Shown: piece after piece, positions 23,695 through 36,151 of the stretch
Position numbering within the stretch: the stretch's first letter is position 1
How the letters are laid out: each line of letters opens with the position of its first letter
NCBI GenBank assembly: GCA_001938485.1
Contig: MQRK01238124.1
Location: 5,376 to 69,375, forward strand
Source of the DNA: Girardia tigrina
Lineage: Eukaryota
Length of the DNA: 64,000 bases
Reading direction: 5' to 3'
Translations under genes and position numbers: made by a program
The notes under the pieces: model-generated
The model's database searches: none
What the model was told of the DNA's origin: nothing
The model's input: only the letters and a program-made list of their open reading frames with translations

Positions 23695-25519
23695 TAGGGT
23701 TTCCAGAACTTATGTCAACTATTCGCAAGCATTAGTCAACTGTTTTAGATCTTTAGTCAACTGGTAAAATTGATTATTTATTCGAATTTTTAGCATTTAT
23801 ATTTTAGATATATCCATATAAATCAATTAAAGAAAAATATTTCAATTCGTACATGTCTTCCACCAAGCTGAATGGAAATTACTGTTCTAAAAATACATGA
23901 AGATTAATTTCGGTTGAAATAAAAGAAATACTCATTCTGCAGGTCTTGGAAGGAATCAGCATAATTAACCTATTTCTTTGGTCTTCCAGTATCAGTTGTT
24001 AGCAAGAGAGTTAAAAAAAGGAGTTCAACAGGAGATTTTTAAATCAAAGAGGTGGTGATTTCAGGTCAAAATTTTGCAATTCACATGAGCAGAAAATTTG
24101 TGAATGGGTTTATACGGATTCTCTTTTAACATTAAATGCACTAAAAGATAAAGTTTTCAGTGAATTATGGATGGATACAAGGGTCATTACCATGGGTATA
24201 TATATTATAGTGTATATCTTATTTCAAAACACATATCTTATAAAAGTACAGGTATGAGCAGTGCTCGAAGTGGGAAAAAATAAATGCCGGTATGTGGAAA
24301 CCGGCCATACAGTGATTTTGTTCCTCCGCTGCTCAATGCCAACACCCTGACATCAACTCCCACGCCCCCTCTGCTTACATTATGCTGTGCTTGTGTGTGC
24401 GTTTGTTTGTGTGAGGCATCATATACAGCAGTTGAGGTGAGACGGAAGCGTAGCCATATAATTCATTCCTTAATAAATGCTTTCCAATTTTTAAGCCTTA
24501 GGAAAAACAAGTACCGGCATGAGCCGGTATTCCCCTTAAAAATCATACTGCCTTAAAATCAAATAAGTGCCGGTATGTCATACCGCCTCGAAAACAAGTG
24601 GCGGTATGGCATCCCGGCTCACTACGAGCCCTGGGTATGAGTAATGTTTTGAATTGTTTTTTGTTTTATATTTTGCATGTTGTATGTTTATACAGATTGT
24701 GTCTCTATAGCCCAGATGACTGATTGGTGTTTTCTGTGATTCTTACTAATTTAAAAAAATTAATTTAATTTATAAGTAAAAAGATTTTAAATATTTTTCA
24801 AATATAATATTTAAATTTTTTATTTTCAGAAGGCTATTTTATTTAATATTTTCTATTATCCAGCTCATAGTAAACAGAACCATCTAATGTTATACGCTTC
24901 CCCAATATCATGTTATTTAAAATTTTAATATATTAATTTAATTGGTACTTTTTTGAAAATGTTTAGATTTAATTTTAACCAATTAAAATCTAGATAATTA
25001 ATTAATATTAATAAATAATTTTTATTTATTTTAAAAATTAGAATGAAACTCAGCAATATATTAATCAAGAAATATATCGAATAACGAAAGTGGGTTGAAT
25101 AATTATTGTAATGACAATTCTGCATGTGATATTAATAAATTTTCAAAAAATCCTATTGCCATTGTTAATAACAGGTTTTATTCATAAGCATTAGGTTGAC
25201 CAAATTATATTATCTGTATAACTTAATGAACAATTATAAATTTAATAAAATAAGTTAATATATAAAATTAGATCTCGAAAAAAACGATACTCAATAAAAG
25301 TTGACTAATAAAATTTAAAAAATATTTTTATTGCATTTAAACTAGATAGAAAGATCTGTAAGAATTTTGATTTTTCTGTTGAATTTAATTTTTAATTTAA
25401 AACATTTTAAATTTTCTGATTTTTTGTGCTATTTTATACATCAATTTTAAATATAACATTTGTTATATTTACTGTTGACTAATGATTGAAAACAGTTGGC
25501 TCAAGTCCAGGGAAAACTA
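23695..25519 (+). mobile_element. Decayed Tc1/IS630-like element
   Basis: Imperfect TIRs TAGGGTTTCCAGAACTTATGTCAACT / AGTTGGCTCAAGTCCAGGGAAAACTA; HTH remnant RGGDFRSK..ICEWV..D.LLTL..LK.KV at ~24050-24190. Confidence 0.5.
24259..24633. mobile_element. hAT-type MITE
   Basis: TIR CAGTGCTCGAAGTG/CACTACGAGCCCTG, 8-bp TSD GGTATGAG, subterminal (G)CCGGTATG repeats. Confidence 0.92.
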
Positions 25520-25660
25520 TAATTAAATATTGAGCATGTAGATAAAATTAAATACATTATGACTATATGATGACGGGAACTGAAAAAATTCTGAAAACTG
25601 CGACATATTTTGTGAAAAACAATCAAAAATAGGTTTAAAAGTCGAAAGCCAATTGAAAAT

Positions 25661-25700
25661 GTTTATTAATTTCGACGGATTAACCGTCATCGTTAGAACA
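25661..25700 (-). ncRNA. Minimal hammerhead ribozyme (Penelope type)
   Basis: TGTT-CTAACGA-T-GACGG TTAAT CCGTC-GAAA-TTAATA-AACA; one core substitution. Confidence 0.65.
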
Positions 25701-25935
25701 ACTAATTTTTTAAAAAGAAATAGGCTTATATACTGCCAGTAATGATTATGTAATCAATACGTCATCAATAAATCATTTAAAAACTCTCAATAAAGTTGTT
25801 GAGAGTGCATTTAGAACGTTAATTTTAGGATCCAAAGATCTAATATATAACACTTCACATGTCACTCACACTCAATAATTCTTAAATTGAGTGCACAGAA
25901 TTTTAAAGTTATGGGTATTTATGTTTCCTATACCC
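25661..25935 (-). mobile_element. Penelope-like element 3' end
   Basis: NFKILC...CEVLYIRSLDPKINV (GIY-YIG C-terminus) followed by a hammerhead motif; homologous to 31612-31880. Confidence 0.85.
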
Positions 25936-26808
25936 AATATTTAATTTTTCCAAATTTAATTCTTTAAATATTTTAATAATGTATAAACAAAGAAGAAATA
26001 ATATTAAAATATTTATTACAACAAAACAAGTTATTTTAATATTTGAATTCTAATTATTTTATATTTAAAATTTTAAAAATAAATAAATAATCACAAAATT
26101 ATAATTTTTCCACAGATTATTTATTATTATTGGCGTGACAGATTTATCGAAGAGACTGCAAAATGTTTAGCAAATATAATGTTTAATAACAAGGAAATTT
26201 AATTAGGAATTGAAAATGCCGGGATCCGATAATAAATTTAAGGAAAACGTTAGAAATATTTATTTTCTGTTTATAATTTTTTAATAAATATAAGAAATAC
26301 TAATATAAATACGACTTTACGGACAATCAGTAAAAATAAATAATTGTTAATATTTTAATCATAATAAAATTTATAATTATTATTTTTATTTTTTTTATTT
26401 TTAAAAAAATACAATATTTATATAAATAAAGAAGCACAATCTTTTTAATGATATTTATTATTATACATTTGTCAACATTGTTATCTATTTAAAAACATCA
26501 TCGATGCATTAAAAAATCTTCTGTTAAGATATTTATTAAATAAAATTGAAAATTAATTAAGGTTCTTAAATTTCAGGAAAAATAAATAAATAACGTTTTC
26601 TTTTTAAAATATCATGAAGAAGTTACTACTATTAATTTCAGTAATAAAATATAATAGAAAGGTAAAAGTGAAAGGGTTCTCAGTTTGTTCAAACCTTATA
26701 AGTTCATACCTGGTCTATTCATGCCCGAGGGACAGCCTTCTTCAATTGGAATTACAATTATTAAAGCTATAATTATCAAAGCTTTTATTTATTTATTATT
26801 TCCAATAA

Positions 26809-29800
26809 TTAGTATTTATTAGGTTTCACCCAGACTAATTGATAGTCACAATACATTTTACCCTTTGTACTGCCCTCTATCTCATTGTCACTTTTATGGT
26901 TTACGGGTTTCATACATTTATAACTGTATATCATCCAACTCGGTGATTCTTTGTTCTCCGACGGCGTATTGTTGTACCACCATTCTGCTTCTGCAATTGC
27001 AATGTCTGATCTCGCTGCAATTCTTTTGATCGTCCTATGGTTTCTTTCAACAATCCCGTTCCCACCAGGTCGATTGCTCGCTAGATAAATTAACTCTACT
27101 CCCCATCGATTGCAAACCTCAACAAACTCCTTTGAGTAAAAAGTGGTGTAATTGTCTACTAACAACTTTCGTCACCAATTTCTTTCCAAATTGCAAGTCT
27201 GGATGATCCACAATTGATTAAGCTTAAATACTTCCTGTCATTGTATTTTGTCACATCGATTGCCAATCTATACAAATTCTCCCTTACTGACACGCAACCG
27301 TGATTCAATTTTACCGGTGCGGGATCAATTGACTGGCATTTTTGAAATTTTAAAATCATGTTCGTGATATCTTTATCCGTTACTTGATTTTTTTCAATCC
27401 TACAGAGAAATTTCATTCGTTTCGCTCTCAAATTGCATTTCTTATGAAGGTTATCTAATCTCTCAATTTCACTTGTCGTGGCCCCGCAGCATACGTTTTT
27501 AGTTAATGCCTTCGATATCATTGTTGTAGTGTACCCACTACTTCAAACACTATAGTGTCGCATATTGTGTTTGTGTATATTGAAATTGTTATATTTATGT
27601 ATTTGTCATGTTATTGCTTTGTTGTTTGTGCTTTGATTGTTGACGCCACTGTTCGGGGGCAGTGTGAGTGTGTGGCCGCGACACATTTTTGGTGCAGAGC
27701 GAATCACCTTGTGTTTTTGTTTTCTGTTTTCCCAATGATTAGAATGATTGGTTGATTTGAGGTGGATATTTTGTAATTCTCTTCGAAAATTGCGACAGAG
27801 CAAGACGTTTGACTTTGATTTTTGTTGTGCAATTTGTCAGTAAAAGTAAAAATGTAAAAGTACATTATTATTTTTGTTAACAATAATTTAATAATAAAAT
27901 CAATAATGGATATAAATTGCAATTGGATTTATTATTAAATACAACTCAAGCGATCGGCTGCAACCAAAAAACTCACCGACCACAACTGTATCGACATTCT
28001 CAATCATCTCTCAACAACACCAAACAGCTCTCTCTCACCACCGACTCTATTTCACCACCGACGGCAAATCGTTCCTCACGTCACAAGAACTCGAAAAAGA
28101 AATTCTCTAAGAATTGAAGTTCTCTATCTTTTTCGTTATTAAAAGAATTGCCTTGTGCAATAACACTCCCAAGAAGACAACTCAGACAATCTCAATAAAC
28201 GACAAATTATATTATTCAAGTCCAATCGTCATTTTTCAAGTTAAAAGACCAAAAATTATTATCCGGTTACTGACTTGTATGCGTTATTCGTTATAATTTT
28301 TTTTGTAATTAAATATTATTTCCATTCCCGGATTTGTTATTTCGCTTATTCTATCATATAAAAGTAGCCTCAGGTTCACCTTATCAGAACTTTAGGTTAC
28401 TTTTATACTCGTCACCTCATCCACTTTATTCAAACTGCTCGCTACAAACTCTATCTTTATCATTATGTTAAAATCATCATAAATTTACTTAATGATTGAT
28501 AACCACCGTCTGATAAGCAATTCTGACAAGGCGCTCGGGTTAAACCTAGATTTACTACTGATTTAATGTCAAACTTTATCGTGATGTCCGTCATTCCCTA
28601 TTTCGCGCACAAATTAAGCCCTTTCAGGACCACCTCCAGCTTAGCAATATTTATATGCCTTGAATCGTCTTTTTTCCTCAACCATGACTCGTTTTCGATA
28701 ATTTTACCATTAACTTCAAGTAATACACCCATAGCTATTGAGCTTGCATCACACCACAAAGTGCCCAATTTACAATCGCCGATGCTCCACGTGCCACGAC
28801 ATGTGTCATTTTCTTCTACGTTTTCCAAAATCCATTTTACCTTCTCAACCACAGATTTGTCCACCGACGAATCCCAATCCCCCACCTAAGTTCGTTTGAG
28901 GAATGAAAACGCCAACCGTAACCATAACGCAATGGGGTAAATGCCAGTGAGTTGCCCACACAGAGAATAAAGCTCTCACCGCAAAATCGATTGGGATAAG
29001 TCTTTGACCCGTATTCGGTTCGATCGGTTCCAGAGGATGCTCCCGTCAATGTTTTTTAAATCCACTCCGAGAACTCTTACTTTTCTGACATTGTTTACGC
29101 GCTCGGGCTGTTTACATTCTAACCCAAATTTCTTGAACAAACATCTCACTTCATCCGCATTAACCTTGGACTCATCTACAAAAATATCATCAACGTAGGA
29201 ACCAGTGGCAGCATTAATCGTTTGATCGGACGACAAGACTTTTATCACAATTTCCTTCATGATGGTAGGGGCTGTATTTAGACCGAATCCCATCCGTGTT
29301 AATGCGAACTTTTTCCGTTGATAATACATGACTGAAACCGCCACTTGGCGGGATCAACATGGATTTGTATGTATGCATCAGATAAGTCCAAAATTGCAAA
29401 ACTGTCACTCTTCCTTTTCCACTCACGTAACTTTCAACACAAACGTCCGAAGAACCACTGTAAACATCCATATATTTGTTCAATTCCATGAAATCGAACA
29501 CGGGTCTTATCATATCCTTAATAAACTGGGCTATACCATAAACTAGGATCAACCCCACTGCCGCGCCCATTTTCTTGTCGTCATACTCTATTAAGTACCC
29601 TATTTTCATCCATTTATTTAAAATATCAATCGTTGATTTGTCTTTTGGTTTTGACTCCTTCAATACGGATTTTCTCCACGGTAACTGATCGGAGACATCC
29701 AATTTCCAAACCCAAGAAACTGTCCACACTTTGTCGAAACGAATCCTGAAATTATGTTTCTTCGTGCCTCCCTCTTCAGTAATTCTAGTCCCAGACAACT

Positions 29801-29915
29801 CGACACTTGGACCCGAACTACAAACATTTACTAGATCGGAACTGACCCCAAACTTTACATTTCCATTATGGAACACCATTCCTCTTAATTTCGCAATCAC
29901 ATCAACACCTAAGTT
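26809..29915 (-). mobile_element. Decayed LTR retrotransposon pol (PR-RT-RH-IN), same lineage as the elements at 19274 and 40004
   Basis: IRPVFDF.ELN, FALTRMGFGLNTAP, YVDD, WCDASS..HINIAKLE, LAIDVT, DNY, NGIVERNHRTIKR; foreign insert at ~27522-28400. Confidence 0.92.
27939..28120 (+). pseudogene. UFL1: UFL1 (E3 UFM1 ligase) N-terminal fragment
   Basis: KKLTDHNCIDILNHL and, after frameshift, LYFTTDGKSFLTSQELEKEIL*EL resemble UFL1 RLSERNCIEIVNKL...[22 protein letters not shown]. Confidence 0.7.
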
Positions 29916-30029
29916 TAACCAAAATTTGTATTGGTAACATTTTAAGATAGTAACAAAGTTAGTGGAGATTACGCATCATATTGCTCAGCATTTGATAACT
30001 GTAATATTAGCTCCCTAATCTCGAGGAAT

Positions 30030-30354
30030 TGGTTATACAGATTCATATAAAATTGACTTTGAAAAGAATGATTTTACTGAAGTATACTACAAGTCTATAA
30101 TATTGAACATGGTACTTGTGAATAAAAATATGAATAATGGAATCACTATGGATGATTTCAAAACAAAATACCCTTACTTTTTATTTGTCTTGGTACCTGA
30201 TTTTGATGTTAATCAAATACAAATGCCACGAACAGGCAATTTAAAATTTGATATAAGATTCCATAAGGTATTAGATAAAGCAATTACAATGTATGTATAT
30301 TGAGTATTTGATAATGAGAAACAAATACGAAAAGATGGAACAGTTATTGTATAA
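30030..30354 (+). pseudogene. Polinton/adintovirus major capsid protein C-terminus
   Basis: NGITMDDFK..YPYFLFVLVPD...GNLKFDIRF...TMYVY*VFDN; premature stop at 30301. Confidence 0.7.
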
Positions 30355-30429
30355 ACACTGTATCATAACTGTAAACTGCAATTACGAACAGAAATAATAT
30401 ATGAAGTAAGTTGTATCTAAAACTTTTAT

Positions 30430-30807
30430 ATTTACATATATAGTACATATCAGATTGAAAAAGCACTGAAAAGATATCCTCAATTCCGTGGAGTATATTT
30501 GTTGGATAAAGTTCCAGATTATCTACTCGATGGAGGATATGTAATTAATACTCAGACTGCTAATTTACCAGGAGAACACTAGATTGCTGTACATGTGACT
30601 TTAGATCTTATTCGAGTATTCGATCCACTTGGGATGTATTACTCATCAACGTTGGTGACAAAATTGAAACGAATGCAACAGCCAGTCATATATAATGATG
30701 TAATGTATCAAAATCCACAAACATTTCTCTGTGGAAATTATTCTATAGACTGGCTTAAACGTCATGTTATAAACAAAGTTGCTATGTTAATAAATTGTTA
30801 TTGTTGA
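30430..30807 (+). pseudogene. Adenain-type cysteine protease (Polinton/adintovirus)
   Basis: FRGVY..D..P, VINT...PGEH*IAV (W to stop, 30580), FDPLG, YQ.....CGNY. Confidence 0.85.
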
Positions 30808-30809
30808 AA

Positions 30810-31325
30810 AATATCTATCTTCTTTATTTATTTTGAGAGATTTGTTGATAATAATAATGAGTACATGATTAAAGAGTTGCGTATAATGTCTGTGGACAAT
30901 ATGTTTAATCCATTACATTATGTATTTCAGTAAGTTAAAATAGTGTTCCAAATATAATATAATGTGTGCGTGCAATTTCTAGACCTAAAATGCATTACTG
31001 TTCAAACAAATGCTTATTTAACATTACATCATCATAAATTGACGTAGGAAGAACACAATACCAAGTTTTGTCAGGATAGTTTATTGCAAGATATTCGATC
31101 ACGATGTAATTTAGCTGAAGCATTGTTCTATGTCAAGGATAATGATAATGGATGAAAGGAAAAGTTGATAAAGTCTTTATTTCCTGATCTGAGAATATGC
31201 GCATATAAATGTGACAAACTAAAAACGATACCAAAAAAGATTACTTGTATATATCGTGAACATGATTCACATTGTTCTTATAAAATGTGTTTAGTATTGT
31301 GTCAAAATTATGTTTCAATGAAATA
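30810..31325 (+). pseudogene. Polinton/adintovirus-like accessory ORF relic
   Basis: FERF.D.NNEYMIKEL, FYVK, Cys/His-rich tail CIYREHDSHCSYKMC; colinear with the protease. Confidence 0.45.
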
Positions 31326-31564
31326 AATGCTTATTAAATTTAGAATTTATTGTTTGTTTTAATGTATCACTTTAAATAAATAAAAAATTGTGGTCCAGAA
31401 AGCTCATGTATGTTATAGATATTCCATAGGTTTTTATGTATATAATATTAAAAAGTTATGTATTTTGGTTACGGTAACCAAGTTACTTGTGATTGTTGAT
31501 AGGGTACATTAGACGATTCATGAAGTATTTTTTGATGGTAAATAAGATACATATATCATAGGGG

Positions 31565-31568
<4 letters not shown>

Positions 31569-31609
<41 letters not shown>
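31569..31609. repeat. (TA)n microsatellite
   Basis: Direct observation. Confidence 0.95.
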
Positions 31610-31611
<2 letters not shown>

Positions 31612-31613
<2 letters not shown>

Positions 31614-31652
31614 ACAATTAATTTCGACGGTATAACCGTCATCGTCAAGTCT
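31612..31652 (-). ncRNA. Minimal hammerhead ribozyme (Penelope type)
   Basis: GAC-TTGACGA-T-GACGG TTATA CCGTC-GAAA-TTAATT-GTT. Confidence 0.65.
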
Positions 31653-32225
31653 CATGAAAAAATGAATTTTAAATCTGCTTATATAGGCAAGCAGTGATTA
31701 TATCATCAATGGATTATTGTGTCATCTAAACACGCTCAATAGGGTTTTCGAGAGACCCGTTTGCACATTAATCTTAGGATTTAAAGATCTGATATAAAGT
31801 GCTTCACAGGCCACCCTCTTCCAATAGTTTTTAAAATGAGAACACAGAATTTTAAAATCATTTATGTTTATGTTTTCATTCGACTTACAACCCTTTCTGT
31901 GTTCTGCAATATTACTCCCACCTACATTCCGACCATGTTCTTGGATTCTCCTACAGAGATGACGGGACGTCTCTCCAATGTATGAGGCATTACACCATTA
32001 CATGTAAATTTATATACGAGATCCGAACATAATCCAAATGGGATTTGAGATTTATTACAAAACACATTTTGGATTTTATATGTTTGTGATATTATTTTTA
32101 AATTAAAGGCATTATTAACGCATTTTAAAATTGAACGTTTAAATTGACCAAATCCCTCTGAATATGGAATGCTTAAAACGTATTTTAAAGTTGTTGAGTC
32201 TTCTTTATCATTTATAATCGGTTTT
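31612..32225 (-). mobile_element. Penelope-like element GIY-YIG endonuclease and 3' end
   Basis: VYKFTC..SYIGETSRHL.RRIQEH..IAEH..FKIL..CEALYI..LNPKINVQ. Confidence 0.92.
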
Positions 32226-32706
32226 TTAATTAATGTTTAAAACCGTTTTTTGGTCGATCTTCAGCTCCTGTGCGATGCTACGACTACTAACATGCCGGTC
32301 AAATTCGATCATTGCCGAGACTTTATCGACATTTTCAACGATAGGCCTGCCTGTGCGAGGTGCATCTTTAACATCAAAAATGCCTCCATGGAATCGACGA
32401 AACCAAAATTGCGTGTAATTAGCTGTTACAGTATTGGCACCATAAACACCATTCACAATAACAGCCGCCTGGCTTGCATTTTCCCCTTTATCGAATAAAA
32501 ACTGTAAAATGTAACGAATTTTTTCTTTGTTGACTTCCATTTTTAAAACCCTGTAACTCAGAACTGAATAGGAAAAAGCAAATTTTTTTTGTGAAATTAC
32601 TGTGAAATGTTACCTTGACAAAGAGCATAAATTTGAAATTGTTTGATCAATAAATAATGAATTAAAATAATGGATTAAAATAATGGATTACTTTTTCCCC
32701 AACCTA
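32226..32706 (-). mobile_element. Mariner 5' end with TIR and HTH domains
   Basis: MEVNKEKIRYILQF..WFRRF..D.PRTGRP..IAQEL; TIR TA-TTAGGTTGGGGAAAAAGTAATCC. Confidence 0.93.
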
Positions 32707-33199
32707 ATATTTGGGAGTAAATAATGAGATAAAACTGAAAAATACAGGGTAAGATTCAAGCTTTTCATAATAACTGTCCAAATTGTACTAAGACGTTTCA
32801 CTAACAACAATTTGAATAAGGATCTAAACATTGCGCTGAATATAACATGTACCATATTAGCAAAGCGCATATGAATATCGTAGCAGGAAAGGAGTCGATT
32901 CTGTTAAAATAGAAATATTTGTACCTTTGAAAAAATATTAAAAAAACAGTTGCTGTAAATAACAACTTATGCGAAAAAAACAGATATACAGAAAGTGAGA
33001 ACATTTAAGAGAATTTTGAATGATACAAAATTTGCTTGTGATGATTAGGAATTCATCAACCTGTTGAGAGATTCAATTCGAGAAAAGAGTTGAAGGAACA
33101 AAATACGAGATGCGTTTTATAAGTACTCTGCTTGACAAAGAAAACAAATTACCAAAAGGGTTATTTTTATAACACAACAATCTTAAACTTCTCCCAACA

Positions 33200-33420
33200 A
33201 ATAATCAACTTGTAAAATGCCTTTTTGAAAAGTTCTAAAAAAATCATCCACGAAAACCTTCAAATCATCTTTGGATCCAAACTAGACAACTCTTAAATAG
33301 GTGAAAATCGATCGATACCAAATCTGGGCTATACGGTGACTCACCCACAAGCACTAGTCCAGCACCTTCAATTGTGTCCCGATTAATGCCCGCTGTGTGC
33401 ACTGGTACATGTCGTGGAGA
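33200..33420 (-). mobile_element. Mariner C-terminal relic (related piece at ~34210-34390)
   Basis: PVHTA...SPYSPDLVSIDFHLF. Confidence 0.7.
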
Positions 33421-36151
33421 AACCATAGTGTTATGTTCTTCTGCTTTCGTGTATTCTTATATATTATTTTCTGTTCTTTAATTATTTTCATGAATTTCTA
33501 TACTCTAGAGGACCAAGTATGTTTTTTTCTTTAGTGTGTTTATTAGTTTAATCACTAATATAAGAAAAATCGATAAAATCAATGGTTTTCTCATTATGGA
33601 TACCTTCATTCATAACGAAAATTCTTGTTTATTATGGAAACGTGGAAAAAAACTCTTGAAAATAGTTTATTGTTCTCATTTATATTTATTGTTGAAAGAA
33701 TCTTCTGATAATCTGAAAGTTGGATGAACAGTACAATTAAATAATATTAATAAAACGAATAACCAACAAACATAAAATTCCACCTTTAGTTGGATGCGTC
33801 CAAAATTTATCTTTTCATCAATTAATAATAATAATAATGTTTTAAAACTATTTTACAGGAATCATACACTAATTTGTGAACAGAATTTAATCGAAAATCT
33901 TTTATTTTATGAACTTAAATTTTTATTTGATAATTTTTGGTTTTAATTTCAAGGATATTTCTGGCAGAACTTCGCTTAGATTTTCCCATTCCTCCGCATA
34001 TATTTCCGAATTCAACATTTGGTTTTCTAAATTATTTTTATGTCAAACATAACATTTTATATATTATAATTATTTTAAAAACAAAATTAAATTATTATCT
34101 TAAGACAAATTAATGTACGTGGTGCGATCAATAATTACCCTTTCTCTCAAATAAACTAATTTCAACAACGGTCATTATTATAACACAAGCTTAACGTATG
34201 TAGGCATCATTTTTCAACATCTAGTGCCTGTTAGGCTCCACACGCTTCCGTCTACGAATAAGAAACTCAATTTTTTTAATATTCTTGGTTGCATGTTGTA
34301 AAGAAATCCTCCACAGCAACCTTCAAATCTTCTTTGGATCAAAACTTGATGCATCCCAATTCCTTTTTTAGATGTCTGAAAAAAATTAGTAGCATTGACA
34401 TTGTCTTCGATAATGTTGGATTCTAGATTAGATTTCATCTATGGTAACTAATCATTGGTTAGGATCTTAGTTGCTTAAATATTCTTTCTCTCTTCCGCTG
34501 AATCCACTAAACGTTCTACAACTTCAACTCCGAATACTTCTCTTTTTACAAATCTTTGAACTTTATCATTCGTATCAAATTCTACCTCTTTAACGTTTTT
34601 AATATTATCTTTCACTATACCTATAATATCTGTTACTCTACTTTAACTATAGATACCTATATTTTTGGAGTCTTATGTATTATTTAATTTATTTCCCAGA
34701 CTAGCTCTGCTTTTGTCTATTCTGTTATATTCTTATATATTCTTTTCTGGTTTTTAATTATTTCAATTAATTTAAATAATCTAGAGGACACACTTTTTAG
34801 AATGTGGAGGCTCTGTCATTTGGGTGCTCTTTCTCCATTACCGATTCTTCATATTCTTCATCAGTTTTCCCTAGAAATTTTCTATTATCTCCTCTTCTCC
34901 TGCCTTTTCTATCTCTATATTGCCGTTGACTGTAACCCCCTCCTCGGTAATTGTTATTCGTTGATCTTTGTTGGTTTCTTCTTTCGTATAATCTTGTCTA
35001 ACATTTTGTAATGTCTCTTGTATTTTGTACAGTAAAAAACGCAACTGAGTAACAAACACAATAATCAGTTAAATTTTGCATAATATAGTAAGTACATAGA
35101 TGAATCTCAATTTCAACGAAAAATTGCAAAGGATAAAATCTAAAGACAACATATGTAAGTTAATAAGAAATAATTATTTCCATAATAGGTCAATAAGAAA
35201 TATATTTGCAACAATCAACTTTTAGCTTTTTCACCAGGTAAGATTTTAGTTTTCAGATTTATGTAGACCTTCTTGATCAATTTATCATAATTCAACACCT
35301 TCAACTAGACAGTAATCAAATATTGGTTGGAGGACAGTGCTTTTCAGCAATTTACTAAACTTTTTATTAATATTTTTTATTACCATTTTTGATATACTCG
35401 CCGTGTTGTTGTCTGTTCGGGTGAAAATTTGCCATTGATTTTCAAATATCTTCCATTTTAGCTAGAGCTTTGAAATTTTGAACACAACTCAGAAAAACAT
35501 GACAATACATCCGATAACTAAGCCGAATTACTGGTTCAGTTTCGATTAATGTTTGTTTTTTTTACAAACCAATGAAACTACTTTTTATTTGTGGGTAGAT
35601 AATTCTTTTTGATAAATTTTATATTATTTACATATAATTTCCAGTTTTTTTTGCATTTAGTATTTTTAAAATATTTATTATGGAAAAAAAATTTTGTAAA
35701 ATTTTACTGATTAAATTGGTTTGAGAAAAATAAAATATTTAAAAGTCAAAATAAAAATTTTTTTTGAGAAAAAAGAAAAATAGTTAGTTCGAGAAAAAAT
35801 AATTTTGTATTTGGTAATATTTGTGACAGTTATTAACAATAATATTATTCGAATTCCAATCAACTCTGTCAATATTCAGAAATAAATAATCGATTGCGAA
35901 ATTTCACCCATAAAAAGACAGTAATAATATAGTAATCAGTAAACGATATAAACGTGGTAATATAAAATGATCTTTTTATACACGTTATTATTTATAGATT
36001 TTTTATGAAAGTTTAATTTAATATACAGGTTAGCCAGTAATCCACACCTCATTTTTGATTTGTTTCAGAGGAAACTTCATTTAGGATGTGATTGAAACTA
36101 TGATGAGTTAGTTAAAAATTTTGATTCGCTAAATTATGTATAATCTTTTTA

